Position numbers and translations under genes: made by a program. A model generated the notes under the pieces. That model did no database searches. It had not been told where the DNA came from and was given only the letters and a program-made list of their open reading frames with translations. Positions 32,322-45,869 of a stretch of DNA of 64,000 bases are shown in pieces. Origin of the DNA: Octopus vulgaris (Eukaryota); the NCBI GenBank assembly GCA_951406725.2, contig OX597817.1:18104001-18168000 (forward strand), written 5' to 3'. Every line of letters begins with the position of its first letter. Position 1 is the first letter of the stretch.

Positions 32322-33148
32322 AAAATTACTGCAGAGCTTAATGACCACATCAAGAACCCAGTTTCCACAAAAACTATTCACTGGGAGCTGCACAAAGTCG
32401 GATTTCACGGGAGGGCTGCAATCAGAAAAAACACTACTTTCAAAAACAAACGTTGCAAAGCGTTTAGAGTGGAGTAAAAACCTACAGAAATGGTCCCTAG
32501 AGTCTTCTCGGAAGAGTTATCCTTTACCTTATTTCCGACCACCGGCCGAGTATACATGTGGAGACACCTAAAAGAAGCATTTGACCCAGACTACCTTCTT
32601 CCAACTGTTAGAAATGGAGGAGGATCTGTGAAGATCTGGGGGAGGGGTGGGGACTATAGCTTATAAATCCGCCGGCCCAATGGGTTTCCTTCATAGCAGA
32701 ATTAATAAAGACCATTTAAGCATTTTATCTGATCAAATTCATCTTATGGTTGCAGAGCTGTTTCCGGAGGGAAACGCAATCTTTCAGGATGATAATGCAC
32801 CAATTCACACAGCTAAAGTTGTTACTGAATGGCACGAGGAATATTTTAGTGAAGTCGACCATCTTATCTGGCTACCACTGTCACCAGATCTCAGTATTAT
32901 TGAATATTTATGGTGCATTTTAGAAAAAACAAGCAAAGAGTCGATATCCACCATCAGCACTACAAGAACTGGAGACTGTTTTAGCTGAAGAATGGACAAA
33001 AGTTCTTTTGGAAACAATTCAAACTTTGTACGAGTCCATACCTCGTAGAAGTGAAGCTGTAATTACTGTCAAAGGTGATCTTACCTCATAATAAAATAAA
33101 TTTGTTTGAAATTTTAAGGTGTTTCCATTATTTTGTCCAACCCCTGTA
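32318..33148 (+). mobile_element. Tc1-family transposase 3' part with one TIR (pseudogenised)
   Basis: PTVRNGGGSVKIWG, IFQDDNAPIHTAK, WLPLSPDLSIIEYLW; terminus ...TTTTGTCCAACCCCTG-TA. Confidence 0.88.
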
Positions 33149-33262
33149 TATATAAACGTATTGAACAAATTTCGAGCAATAAATATTTCCTATTTGTATG
33201 TATGTATGCGTGTCTGAATATGTGTGCATCTACGCTCATGTGTTTGGGTGTTCACACGTTCC

Positions 33263-33293
<31 letters not shown>

Positions 33294-34090
33294 TGTATGT
33301 ATATTTGTGTGCGTACATGTGCCGCTGGGTATATATATATATATGCATACACACACGTACACACGCTCACGTACGTATGTATGTATGTATATATGCTTTT
33401 TCTATTCAGATGTCCTTTGCCATTTGAATTGTACGTTGAAATGTATTTCACTGTGGTAATATTTATTTTCTTTCTGTTTGTAACTACTAGCAACAACAAT
33501 ATTTTCAACATGGCTAATCTTAGCAAAAAGAATAGTATTTCTCCTAATATAGGTTAGCAAGTTATAACACTTTTGTCTAAAAGTTTTCACCACGGGTCAT
33601 AATTTTATTAATCTTTTGCCCAAGATGCAGCGTTTGAAAAATATTGTTGGTACTTATTTTTTTGCTTAAGGTCAAATGGTTAGGAAATTCAAGCACTCTC
33701 TGTATTTTTTCTTTCCTTCTTACTTTTTGTTTTTTGTTTATTCTTTGGTTTTGCACTAATACTGTTACAATTCAATTTTCTCCAAATAGTATTTAGGTGA
33801 AAGTTATAGATTAGAATGTTATTTCGATACTTCAAGCTGCAACAGACAACCGTTTTCGGTTTCTGGTTAGACTCAATTCGTTTTATTTCCCGTCAACGAT
33901 TCTTCATTTCATTTCATTTCATTTCTCCTTTAGGAATCTTATTCTTCAGAGAATATTACAAGAAACCACTCCAGTGCCATGTGAGATTCTACCTGATTGC
34001 TGAACCTGCTAGAAATAGCATCTAATCTCTCTCGAATCATATCCTACAGTCTTATTGTATAATGCAGTCTTAGATATAAATAAAAATACG

Positions 34091-34485
34091 AGGCGCAGGA
34101 GTGGCTGTGTGGTAAGTAGCTTGCTTACGAACCACATGGTTCCGGGTTCAGTCCCACTGCGTGGCACCTTCGGTAAGTGTCTTCTACTATAGCCTCGGGC
34201 CGACCAAAGCCTTGTGAGTGGATTTGGTAGACGGAAAGTGAAAGAAGCCCGTCGTATATATGTATATATATGTGTATGTGTGTCTGTGTTTGGCCCCCCC
34301 ATCATCGCTTGACAACCGATGCTGGTGTGTATACGTCCCCGTTACTTAGCGGTTCGGCAAAAAGAGACCGATAAAATAAGTACTAGGCTTACAAAGAATA
34401 AGTCCTGGGGTCGATTTGATCGACTGAAGGTGGTGTTCCAGCATGGCCACAGTCACATGGCTGAAACAAGTAAAAGAGTAAAGAG
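34091..34485 (+). mobile_element. SINE family D, full length
   Basis: tRNA-like head TGGCTGTGTGGTAAG / GGTTCAGTCCC, CORE-like segment, internal (TA/TG)n, GTAAAAGA tail. Confidence 0.88.
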
Positions 34486-34594
34486 ATGGTCGCAAATAGC
34501 ATGACTTTGATCACGATTGAGCTGGGGTTACAAAGCAACAATAACAGCAGCAGCAACAACAGCAGCAGCAGAAGCAACAACAACAACAACAAGT

Positions 34595-35081
34595 AGAGGT
34601 GCAACGGCCCAGTGGTTAAGGCAGCGAACTCGCGGTCATAAGAACGCGGTTTCGATTCCCAGACCGGGCATTGTGAGTGTTTATTGAGTAAAAGCACCAA
34701 AGCTCCACCAGACTCCGCCGGGGATGTGGTGGTGAATCCCGCTGTACTCTTTCACTACAACTTTCTCTCTCTCTTTATTCCTACTTCTGCCACAAAGCAG
34801 AGGAACCATGGTGTAACCCACTATGGTGTGGTAAACTTTCAGGCCCTAGTCTAGATTGCGAATCTAATGTACCCCAGGATGGTTCAGCTCTCCACCCGTT
34901 AAAAAGCCACCGTTTACGGAATGAGGATAACAACATAGTTTTCGCACCCGTGCAACGGCCATTTTATTCGCGTGTGGCGGGTGGATCTTCAAGTCACACG
35001 CATTCTTAGTAGCTTAGAGTAGGCTCGAATTAGAGATTATTCTTTATGGCTAATGGCGTGAGTCCTGATTGGAATAAGAAG
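34595..35081 (+). mobile_element. SINE family B with a long unique tail, inserted in (CAA)n
   Basis: Family-B head and body to about 34790, then a ~290-bp tail; (ACA)n on both flanks. Confidence 0.7.
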
Positions 35082-35406
35082 ACAACAACAACAACAACAA
35101 CTGTAGAGTATCTTTATTTGCACACCATGTTATCACCATAACAAATAAGACGCGGTATTATTGTTTATTCCTAACCTAGGCACAAGATCAGCAATTTTGA
35201 GGGAACAGGTTAATCGATTACATCACAATTAGACTGGTACTTTTGTCCCGAGAGGTAAAAGGCAAATTCGATCATGGCGGCATTTGAAATCAGAATATAA
35301 GGAACCGGAAGAGATACTACAAGGCACTTTGATCGACACTAACGATTCTATGATTCCGCCGTTGTTGGGCACAGTACTGTGAAATGACATCTTATTTTAT
35401 TATAAA

Positions 35407-35716
35407 CTAGCAGTATCACCCGGCGTTGCTCGGATTTGTGAGGGAAATAACTATATAAGCATTTTTAGAGAGTTACTTTCCTTATATAACCCGAGCAAAA
35501 ATCATTAAAAATGCGGAAAAAATGATGGTAATTTTTTTTTAAATCGTAGACTCATCGTAGACAAGCGCTAATACCCAGAAGGGCTCGATATGAATGACGA
35601 CTATAAGATACCCGCTTTTGGTTAAACTGCACCGCAAAATGTGGGAGTAGTTAGGAATCTAAATCGGGGGAGACAGAGTCTCACATACACAACTTCAATT
35701 TTATATATAAAGAAGA
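35407..35716 (-). mobile_element. Non-autonomous Helitron (type H2)
   Basis: TC...CTAG termini and hairpin; similar to the 14477 and 16071 copies. Confidence 0.85.
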
Positions 35717-36110
35717 CTAGCAGTATCACCCGGCGTTGCTCGGGTTTGTTTCGACCCTTTAGAATTGAAATTTTTGTAAAGTAAAAATTTTGCATTATGT
35801 AGCTTGTTATTCTCTTTAAATGAACATTTTTATGGTTGAAATACACCGAAAAATGGCGACACAGCAGTAAAAAAATCGTAAAAAATAGGGATTTTCATAG
35901 AAAAAAGCACCTTTGTGATGTAAATAATTTTTGGTGTTAACATGGTCCGATTTGAATTTTTTCTTCTACGGAAGGAAGAGCAAACCTTCTATCATGCTCC
36001 CAATTTTGGTCAACTTGCGCCGCAGGGTCTCGGAGAAGATAGTGTTAGTTGAAGGCTACCAAACCTGCCATACACAGACAACTTCAGCTTTATATATATA
36101 TAGAGAGAGA
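35717..36110 (-). mobile_element. Non-autonomous Helitron (type H3), head-to-tail with the previous one
   Basis: Shares only the last ~30 nt (hairpin and CTAG); 5' TCTCTCTCTATATAT. Confidence 0.8.
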
Positions 36111-36180
36111 TTATGTGTTACAAGTGAGACGGTGATAAAAGTGGAGTTAGTTCGTGAGCTTATGTCCAGGCTGAAGTATA

Positions 36181-36265
<85 letters not shown>

Positions 36266-36764
36266 GCGCCCTTTTAAAGCCATGCCAGGCTCATGGGCCC
36301 GGTTTCCCGGTTTCCACGGCGTCTGTGTTCCTCAGCTGGACGGGAAGCCAGTCCATCGCAGCGTTACTCATTTTTGCCAGCTGAGTGGACTGGAGTAATG
36401 TGAAATGAAGTGTTTTGCTCAAGAACACAACGCGTCGCTCGGTCCAGGAATCGAAACCACAATCTTACGATCATGATGCTGACACTCTAACCACTAAGCC
36501 ACGCGACTCCACGAAATGTTCCTTCTCAAGCCATGACAGGCTCATAAGGGCCGGTTTCCCGGTTTCAGTGGCGTAGAAATTCCCCACCTGGACGGGACAC
36601 CGGTCCGTCGCAGGATTACTCATTTTTGCCAGCTGAGTGGACTGGTGCAACGTAAAAATGAAGTATTTTGCTCAAGAACACGACGCATCGCCCGGTCCAG
36701 GTATCGAAACCGCAACCTTACGATCATGAGTTCAACACACTAACCACAAAGCCACGCGCCTCCA
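36181..36764 (-). mobile_element. Two tandem SINE-C copies (36262-36512 with (TTA)n tail; 36517-36764)
   Basis: Both match the 14063 and 48917 copies; outer direct repeat CTGAAGTATAA at 36171-36181 and 36770-36780. Confidence 0.85.
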
Positions 36765-36874
36765 TTAATCTGAAGTATAACAGTTAGTATTTAAAGAATG
36801 TAGTATATCTCTAGGTTAACCTCGGTATGTACTTTTACGTTACCCAATGCATCCTTTTTTTGTTTATCTAACAC

Positions 36875-36950
36875 GGCAGGGTACATTTTGTGGGAGATTT
36901 AGCTGCTATTTCTAGCAGGTTGAGCAACTTTGTACAGGCTCTGTCGTTGA
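36875..36950 (+). repeat. Old dispersed short repeat GATTTAGCTGCTATTTCTAGCAGG (also near 20410, 26361, 34003, 42800, 48045, 49785, 51945)
   Basis: About eight diverged copies on both strands; probably an ancient SINE remnant. Confidence 0.6.
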
Positions 36951-37607
36951 TTCGTGAGAAATAGATACAAAAATGCTTTATCAAGGATGATCAAACGACT
37001 TTAATGAATAATTTAAGTTCTTCGTGTAATTATCTGGGACAAGACAGGCGGGACGTGGTGTATCTCCGAGATATACCCACGGAAAAAAGTTGAACGCCAG
37101 TGTGTAAGGTTGCGAATAAAATATCAATATTAAGATGCTTTCACTGCTTATAGCACTGAGTTGTTTCTACCCTATGTTACATATTTACAGCTAGGTGGAC
37201 TGGGCCTTTGAGCGTTAGTCACAAAGCAGTAACGGTGACAAAATATCAAACATGAATTTTTCAGATAGTAGTTCGGTAGCCTAGCGAGTCGGAAATTCAT
37301 ACTTTTATTATATAACCATAGAAAAAAAAAAACAAACAAAAAACAAAAAAAAAAAACCGCTAAAGTGCCATAGAAAATTTATTTCTATATTGTTATGGTG
37401 TAAAGTCACTCGTAAGTTGAAAATATTTTCTTTGTCTTGCATAAAGACTTATCAAAGCAAAGAAGTACATTGTTGATTTCATACCAGAATATTACTGCAT
37501 CTTATTTATCGAGCATGGAGAGATGAAAGATGAAGTATTATTTGATTTCAGAACACCAAACTACTTATCACAGACTAGCCCAGTTTTGTATCCTCCGACG
37601 TAGAGAA

Positions 37608-37688
<81 letters not shown>

Positions 37689-37847
37689 TACATACATACA
37701 TACACACATACATACACACATACATACATACATACATACATACATACATACATACATACATACATACATACATACATACATACATACATACATACATACA
37801 TACATACATACATACATACATACATACATACATACATACATACATAC
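37608..37847. repeat. (CA)n(TACA)n microsatellite
   Basis: Direct reading. Confidence 0.97.
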
Positions 37848-37999
37848 AAGCTATTAATAAATAAGAAATATATTTTCTTGGGTAAACCAAGAATACAAGC
37901 TGGTTTTCTTCGATGTTTCTAAAATAACTCTTCCATGAAGGGCCATCTCTGTGTTTTTATAATATATGTAGCTTTTCAGTGTCTTTGATTTCCAATGTT

Positions 38000-39800
38000 T
38001 CTGTCTATTGAGTATAACTTGCCAATTAGGTTTTCCTTTTATATATATATTCTCTCGCCATCTATCTCATCACATCGCTGTTCCTCTGACTAGTTTACCA
38101 ATTCTCCAAACATCTATAATACCTTTCTTATCTCTAACGCCAACTTTCATTTTGCGACCGGTATCTGCCCTTATAGATTCGTCTAACTATTTCTAGTTAA
38201 AGCCATTAATCCACATCTCTTTACCATTCAACAATCTATACATCCCTGAATTATTTAATACATTAAACCGATCCGAGATCCGTCAATTTTACACCGACTA
38301 AAAGTGGAATCGAATCCTTCACCACTAATCCGTCTGAAACAAATAAGCGAATGGGTGACTGAAATCCTCAACCATATTATGTAATTTCACGTACCTCACA
38401 CAGCAAAGTTCACAAGTACCACACTTTCTCCTGGTTCACATACATCTGCACTGAAATTTCACCACTACCTATTTCTTTACTACCCACAAGGGGCTAAACA
38501 CAGAGGGAACAAACAAGGACAGACAAACGGATTAAGTCGATTATATTGACCCCAGGGCGTAACTGGTACTTAATTTCTCGACCCCGAAAGGATGAAAGGC
38601 AAAGTCGACCTCGGCGGAATTTGAACTCAGAATGTTACGGCAGACGAAATACGGCTGCGCATTTCTTCCGGCGTGCTAACGTTTCTGCCAGCTCACCGCC
38701 TTATATCTCGACGACTACCAACTAGGAGGCATTCATTAAATATACCTCTCTTAGCAGTAGTCCTGCAGTCAAAGCTACCTCATTTATATCTACTTCACTT
38801 CCAGTTTCTCTCTATGCAAGGAAATTTTTCCAAACTTATTTTTCTCGATTCTAGCTGCCTCATAACTACGAGTAGACAGTCATCGAGGATGAAAACTTCT
38901 GCTATAAATGCAGCCCATCAACAATCAGTTTGCTTCCTACTCGTACTAAACTCATCATACTTCCTCATTCCACGAAAATATATGCCAATGTGTGGAAATA
39001 TGACATCGTTAAGAAAAAGGAATTTCTTTGAACTCTGCGAAGCAGTTGTCAGTCTTACTTACAGTTTCTGAAAAGTTATGAAAACATTTGCTAGTAATAA
39101 CCTTCTTTATCCACGATCCCCTTAATTTCTCAGTAACTACCAATAGTTTCTGTAGAGCCAGAAATAGAAAGGATATATCCCTATTAAGTCACATATTAGT
39201 TGCCTCTAGCATTGGAGAACTTCGAAGACAATAATATTGTTGCTTTTAAAACCAGCCAAGCAATCGATGATGTCTGGAATAAAACCTCATGACAAAGTTA
39301 TCGTCTCTCTACACCTTTACAATATTCACAAGATGCGTAACATATAAAGAAAAGAAAAGAAAACATGCAAATATAGACCTAATGTAGAAATCAGATTTGG
39401 CGAATACAAAGAAGCAACAATAATGCACAAAAAATATATCCCTTATGGACTACGATTATTTTGCCTGGTCACCCAGTTTCCACAATAAACCATGAGTACA
39501 ATCAACCGAAAGAAACAAACACCGATAACAACTGACAACGCACAACGCTATTCTAAAGCCATTATCTCTCCTAATCGCTCAAAAGACAAAACATTACAAA
39601 ACAAAAACATTAATATATCTAAACGCCGTATTAGATGAATAAATATCACCAACACTATGTACAAGAACATAGCAATTGTCACCCTCGGGTCACCTCCTCT
39701 ATGGCCACCAACACAATGTACAGTACAATATGTGAAACCTGTTCATCTGCATCTCAACTGAGTAATCCTTGAAAATCAGATTATAGAATATAGTTCTGAA
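38000..39800 (+). mobile_element. Possible decayed Penelope-like RT region, interrupted by a SINE-A copy
   Basis: KVHK (near 38405), FLD (near 38842) and IPYGL (near 39438) remnants; many stops. Confidence 0.3.
38468..38702 (-). mobile_element. SINE family A
   Basis: Reverse complement of 1411-1645. Confidence 0.88.
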
Positions 39801-39820
39801 TTAAGCAGAGACATGGTACG

Positions 39821-40084
39821 TACTCTTTCACTCTTTTACTTTTTTCGGTCATTAGACTGCGGCTATGCTGGAGCACCGCCTTTAGTCGACAAATAGACCC
39901 TCAGAACTTATTCTTTGTAAGCCTAGTACTTATTCTATCGGTCTCTTTTTGCCTAACCGCTAAGTTACGGGTACGTAAACACACCAGCATCGGTTGTCAA
40001 GCGATGTTGGGGGGACAAACACAGACACACAAACATATACACACACACACATACATACATACATACATACATACATACATACAT

Positions 40085-40147
<63 letters not shown>

Positions 40148-40317
40148 TATATACGACAGGCTTCTTTCAGTTTCCGTCTACCAAATCCACTCACAAGGCT
40201 TTGGTCGGCCCGAGGCTATAGTAGAAGACACTTGACCAAGGTGCCACGCAGTGGGACTGAACCCGGAACCATGTGGTTGGTAAGCAAGCTACTTGCCACA
40301 CAGCCACTCCTGCGCCT
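39821..40317 (-). mobile_element. SINE family D, full length, with expanded internal microsatellite
   Basis: Matches 34091-34485. Confidence 0.88.
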
Positions 40318-41115
40318 ATTATATATCTAGAATAATGGAACTAACTATGGAAACTAGTTGTTCGACCTACTGACAGTCCGTTGTTCTCATCAATTTGGGT
40401 GGATCTAAGTGTACACGACAACAAAAACCTCAGATGTCTTCAAATCGTTTTTCCTAATGAGTATCGCTTTTCCTAATGAGAGTAAATAAAAAAAATAGCC
40501 ATAATTAAATTTATTCTTATAATTTTTACAACTTTGAAATCTACCAATGAAACAAGATATCGAATAAATCTAGGAATGTCGAACAGTATTTGGTTGGCAT
40601 CTGACGTTAGTTGGATTTTGCTTTGTTTTACTGTTAAAATATGAAAGAAGGTGATATTTTAATGGATAACTTCCCCCCCTAGAATAAATTATAAATAGAC
40701 GTCAGCCAATAATGCCGGCAAAAGCATAGTTCAATATGGCTGCGGAAGTAACAGTGCGAAGCTCCGGATACAACGGTAGTAGCTTGTCTCGGCTTTCGGA
40801 GAACTAGGAAGGAAAAAGTCAGAACAATAACGATAACAAATGCCTAATTTACAACAACAACAACAACAACAACAATAACAACGACGACATCCACAGCAGC
40901 GGCGAAGACAATGACGACAACAGCTGCAACGACGCAATTGAAACAACGCTATCATAAACAATGAAGAACGCAGTGACGAGACTATTCATTAAAAACAACA
41001 GCATCAACGGCGTATGATATGGTCAGAAATAACACTAATGCTACCAGTAGCAACTGCTACATCATAAGACTAGGCGTTCTTTTGTAACAGCTATACACAA
41101 CTAGAAGCTGTACGA

Positions 41116-41425
41116 GACAGCGATGGAAGCCAAGGTACGAGTCATATATATATATGACAGCGATGGAAGCCAAGGTACGAGTCATATATATATATGACAG
41201 CGATGGAAGCCAAGGTACAAGTCATATATATATATGACAGCGATGGAAGCCAAGGTACGAGTCATATATATATGACAGCGATGGAAGTCAAGGTACGAAT
41301 CATATATATATGACAGCGATGGAAGCCAAGGTACGAGTCATATATATATGACAGCGATGGAAGCCAAGGTACGAGTCATATATATATGACAGCGATGGAA
41401 ACCAAGGTACGAGTCATATATATAT
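41116..41425. repeat. Minisatellite, 8 units of 38-40 bp: GACAGCGATGGAAGCCAAGGTACGAGTCA(TA)nT
   Basis: Unit starts at 41116, 41156, 41196, 41236, 41274, 41312, 41350, 41388. Confidence 0.95.
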
Positions 41426-41963
41426 GGCTCGGCTTCGCGAACGAAGATCAGGAAGGCTGTCCACGTCGCGTGCATGCACGCTCATGACTGACAAGTCCGA
41501 TATGGGAAAGGCAGGTCCGTGAGCAGTGTCCAAAGACGAAGGTAACATCCGGTGTGGTGTCAGAGGCGTCTCGCGCCTTCCTCCGGCGTCTCTTGTCTTT
41601 AAGTGCGTCTCTTCTTTGTTCCTCAACATTCACTGGAGTGACTTCGTCACAAACATTGAGGTCTTGGAGCGGGCCGAGATCCCCAGCATTGAAGCCACGC
41701 TACTGAAGTGCCACCTCCGATGGGCAGGGCATGTCTCCTGAATGGAGAACCATCGCCTTCCAAACATTTCCCTGTTTGGCGAACTCTCCACCGGCCACCG
41801 AGTGAGAGGAACTCCGAGGAAGCGATACAAAGGCTGCCTCAAGAAGTCTCTAACAGCATGTAATATTAACCACCAATGCTGGTCACACCTGGCTGCGGAC
41901 CGTGATGTCTAGCGCCACACGATCTTCAGCGCAGTCAGCAAGTTTGAGGAACAAAGAAGAGAC

Positions 41964-41964
<1 letters not shown>
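41425..41964 (-). mobile_element. RTE-BovB-like LINE fragment with 5' inversion
   Basis: Minus part 41425-41626 ends ...GHCSRTCLSHIGLVSHERAC (degenerate C-terminal zinc finger); plus part 41620-41964 encodes LNIHWSDFVTNIEVLERA...LRWAGHV. Confidence 0.85.
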
Positions 41965-42030
<66 letters not shown>

Positions 42031-42544
42031 ATTAAATAAAGCTGTGACATCATCCGATAGAAAAATTAAGGTAGGTAGATGTTAAATTATTAAATTATGT
42101 TTAACATACGTAATGTTGAAAAGCTAACTTGAAGTATATATGCAGAGTGAAAAAAAAACCCACTCAAATCAATGTTATCTTCACTTTCTAGCATCAATGG
42201 GAAACAACTCCAGACATATTTCGGTTTTATGGCTTCATCGGCGAAGCATTTACTGAGTTTGTCGATGATCGTAAAACTTACTAAGCAAATATGTAAAATT
42301 GTACATTTAATGATGTAGAGAAAATGATACTTCAGAAATTGAAAAAAAAAAGAAGAAAAAATAGTGATGCCATTCTGAATTCTCGATCCACGTACTAAAA
42401 TGGCCAAAGGAAAAATTGGATAGCATCTAATAAGTAGTTGTAGTAGTTTAGCCTCGGGTCGGCCCTAAACCAGTCGTTCCAGCTGTGATTCCATTATCCT
42501 TTCCTCCGGACATAGTATATCCAAGATTACTTTACTGGGCCCTT

Positions 42545-42755
42545 ATGGTGGCAAGCTGGGAGAATTATTAGCACGCCAGACAAATACTTAGTGGCATTTC
42601 TTGTGGTTTTGAGTTCAAATTTTGCCCAGACCGACTTTGCCTTGCATTTTTTTTAGCATCGATAAAATAAGTACTAGTTGAGCACTGTGGTCAATGTTAT
42701 TGATCAGCCCCTCTCTTGAACTTTCTTTGTCGTGTATTGATTGTAGAAAGAATTA
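42545..42755 (+). mobile_element. Old diverged SINE-A copy (others near 35205-35360 minus, 62210-62395 plus, 62420-62610 plus)
   Basis: GAGTTCAAAT...GACTTTGCCTT...GATAAAATAAGTAC remnants. Confidence 0.6.
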
Positions 42756-43479
42756 TTTAATGTATCCTTCCTTGTTTTGAATGTAATAAGATGTGACTAT
42801 GACTGTGACTGCTATTTCTAACAGGTTAAGCGACCAATTAGACTCCCTCATATTGTTGTTACTTTTCAGCGCATGTCAGCAAACTACGTTGCAGAAGTAT
42901 CACCAGAGGTATTCCAGCTGCAGCCAGTCAGCCTTTCTTTTTGTGGTGGCAGATAGGGGTATATTATCTTTCGTCACGTGTCTTTCTGCCCACAACCTTC
43001 GAAAAGAAAGGACGTGCTTATACTGTCTATTTCATAAGCTCGTCGTACTCGCGTTCAGAATATTTTTTCTATCGTCTCGGCTTAACGGCCCCCGCCACCT
43101 GTTTTTACTGTTTTGTTCTCACTGTCCTTTTCTTGTTAACAATTTCACCCTCAGCAAAAAATCCCAAATTTTATTTAAAATGCTTTGCGGGAAGGGCTGT
43201 TTCAACGAAGTCGCGTCTTGTCTTTGCCTTCGTAACGTGGAATAGATGAAACAGGGACAACTGAAGAAGGGGAATATTCTTTATGTTGTATGTCTCGTTT
43301 CTCTGTTCGTTTTTTTCGTTGTTCGAAAAAAGTTCGTTTCTATGTTTCTGCTTTTATGTTTTCATTTCTCATTGTGTTCAACGTTTTTTTAATGACCTGT
43401 ACCTATATTTGCATGTGTATATATACATATATATGTAGGTATGTATATATATGTATTTATATATGTATATATTTATATA

Positions 43480-44763
43480 CTAGCAAACGTACCCGTCCTT
43501 TGGACGGTTTAAGTTGCTTTCGTGGTATTTTTTTTCAGCAAATAATTGAACTACCGAGAAGGTTTATGTGTAGCATGGCAATCTGTTTACGATTAACCTA
43601 GGAACGGAAAATCGAATTGAAGGCTGGTTATTGTGGAGGTCGTTGCACTTTGATTATCATAGAACATATAAGTTTGCAAGCGATGTAAAGTAGAGCTACT
43701 GAAGTGTTTTGGGAGTAGATTACGGATAATGACTACGAAGTATAGTTGTTTTACATGAAAGCGAAATTTTTTGTCAGAAACAGCCACATAAATGGTGTAA
43801 GGAAATCGAAAGAAGATGTTGAAACTTCCCCTCTGCGAGTTTATTTTTTTCAACAGCAAAGGGAGCTATATTTTTCGGAGAGAAAAGCTAACAAAAGCCC
43901 CTTTATTCTATCTTCCAACATAGCGAATGCTGTATAAAGTTAAATTGGTATGGAGCTTCTTGAAAGATACGTATAGCTTTCGCTAGTGGAAGCAAAACTC
44001 TTATTTAAAGGTTGATTCTTTGGGACGAATCATATGTGAGTGTTTAAAAAAAGCTAGAATGACAATGCTAAAACCTATTTGAAACAATAGAGAGCAGTCG
44101 AAATATCATAATAATGGCTGGATAAAGAAGCAACCTTAAAGTGAAACAACGGTATCAAAAGTAAAAAAAATAGGTATCAACAATCAGAAGAGAGGGAAGA
44201 ACATCACCTTTCAAGTAACTCAGAATAGGTAAAGTAAGCTTGCCAAAGTTTAATGCAGTTTCAATATGTAGATTAAGATAGTTTGGTATTGGATAGTCAT
44301 CACGTATAGTTTTCCTAGTCAACTGAATCACCGTCGTAAGTGGACAGCAGAAATAAATAGACGAAATCCTTTCACTTTTATAAAAAGATTAAAAAGAAAA
44401 TGAGGGCAAAAAGCACTCGTTTTTTCACAATGAAAAATCGTTTCCTAGTAGCCGGAATTTCGCGACAAAATGTATGTTTATTAAGCACAACACCTGCGTG
44501 CATGCCGCTGGGCATTAAAAGCCAATCGCACAAACCTAGAGGGGTTCTAGGCCCCCTTGAATCGATAAAAAATATTACTCTTTAATGCCATAGCAACCGC
44601 ATCTTTATAGCTTGCGAATTTTAACCACCCCGGGTCTCATCCTCACCACGCATTTAGTATCCCTGCCAATTTTCAGCTCGATCCTAGTCTCGGTTTGGCC
44701 GCCATTAACCGTCAAAGCAAAAAGTGCATACAATTTTCGTCCAAGGACTTTTGTAGATGTAGA
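43480..44763 (-). mobile_element. Helitron-like element (~1.3 kb)
   Basis: CTAG terminus with hairpin CCGTCC-TTT-GGACGG; candidate A|TC 5' end at 44763. Confidence 0.6.
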
Positions 44764-44815
44764 TTATTTATATTATTATATGATCGAACACCACACCTCA
44801 TTTTCCAAGTAAGGT

Positions 44816-44816
<1 letters not shown>

Positions 44817-44905
<89 letters not shown>

Positions 44906-44920
44906 CTGTCTGTCTGTCTC

Positions 44921-44990
<70 letters not shown>
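44817..44990. repeat. (TATC)n with a TCTG/TCTC variant block
   Basis: Direct reading. Confidence 0.95.
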
Positions 44991-45720
44991 CGACCTGTGG
45001 GCTTATGTCGAACAACTGCTGTCACGTGTGGGACGAGTCGGTTTATCAGCTGAGTCTATCGTTAATATTGTCACGCCTCCCTCCTTCAAACGGGAAGGAA
45101 GAGCTATTTTCATCATCCTTGTGGCTATGGCGAAGGAATGTATCTGGTGGACGCGTCTGAAAGGATTGGAAACAAACACTTTCCTCTCTGGTCAATCTCT
45201 CATCAACTTCTTCAAGTACCACTTGAAAAGGAAAGTGAGAGTAGAGAGGCAAGTTTTGTCTAGCGAATGTTTTAAAAAAAGATGGGTGAATGTAGCAAGA
45301 ATGGCACGTATGAATGACGAAGCCACCTTGAGCATAGTCCTATGAACCCAGAAATCGAAAACAGAGAGTTGCTTATTTGCAAAAAAAAAAAAAAGAAATA
45401 TAAAATGTGACTTCATTGACCGAGGTTACCGTGGTCTTTTCCGTAGGCTTTTCTTTCCACGGGTAAACCTCACCTGTCCTCCCCTTTACACTTCATATTG
45501 ACATTTCTGTGATAACGATCCCTATTGATCAATTTTTTTTTCTCTCCCCCCTTTTTTCTTAACCCCCTTTTTTGTCCTCTTTCTCTCCTTTTACGATCCC
45601 TTTTGATCGAAACTCCCCTTCCTTTTTTTTTTTTTTTTTTTTTTTTAAACCTTCAAAAGAAAAGCTCTACCTTGTAATTTGTTCTATCTGTGTGCAGCCC
45701 TGTGTGGCTAATAAAGAAAC
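44991..45720 (+). mobile_element. Tx1-clade LINE, 5'-truncated copy 1 within (TATC)n
   Basis: Intact ORF2 C-terminus (stop 45345), 3' UTR and AATAAAGAAAC; (TATC)n on both sides. Confidence 0.88.
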
Positions 45721-45721
45721 A

Positions 45722-45786
<65 letters not shown>

Positions 45787-45791
45787 GTCTG

Positions 45792-45869
<78 letters not shown>

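Noticed and set aside
41116-41425. CRISPR-like regularly spaced repeats
   Set aside because: The 'spacers' are identical (TA)n runs, the context is eukaryotic and there are no cas genes; it is a minisatellite.
43245-43300. Hammerhead at CTGAAGAAGGGGAATATTCTTT
   Set aside because: No downstream GAAA, stem III or cleavage triplet in the right order; likewise the CTGATGA hits at 11283, 13730, 15477 and 30232.
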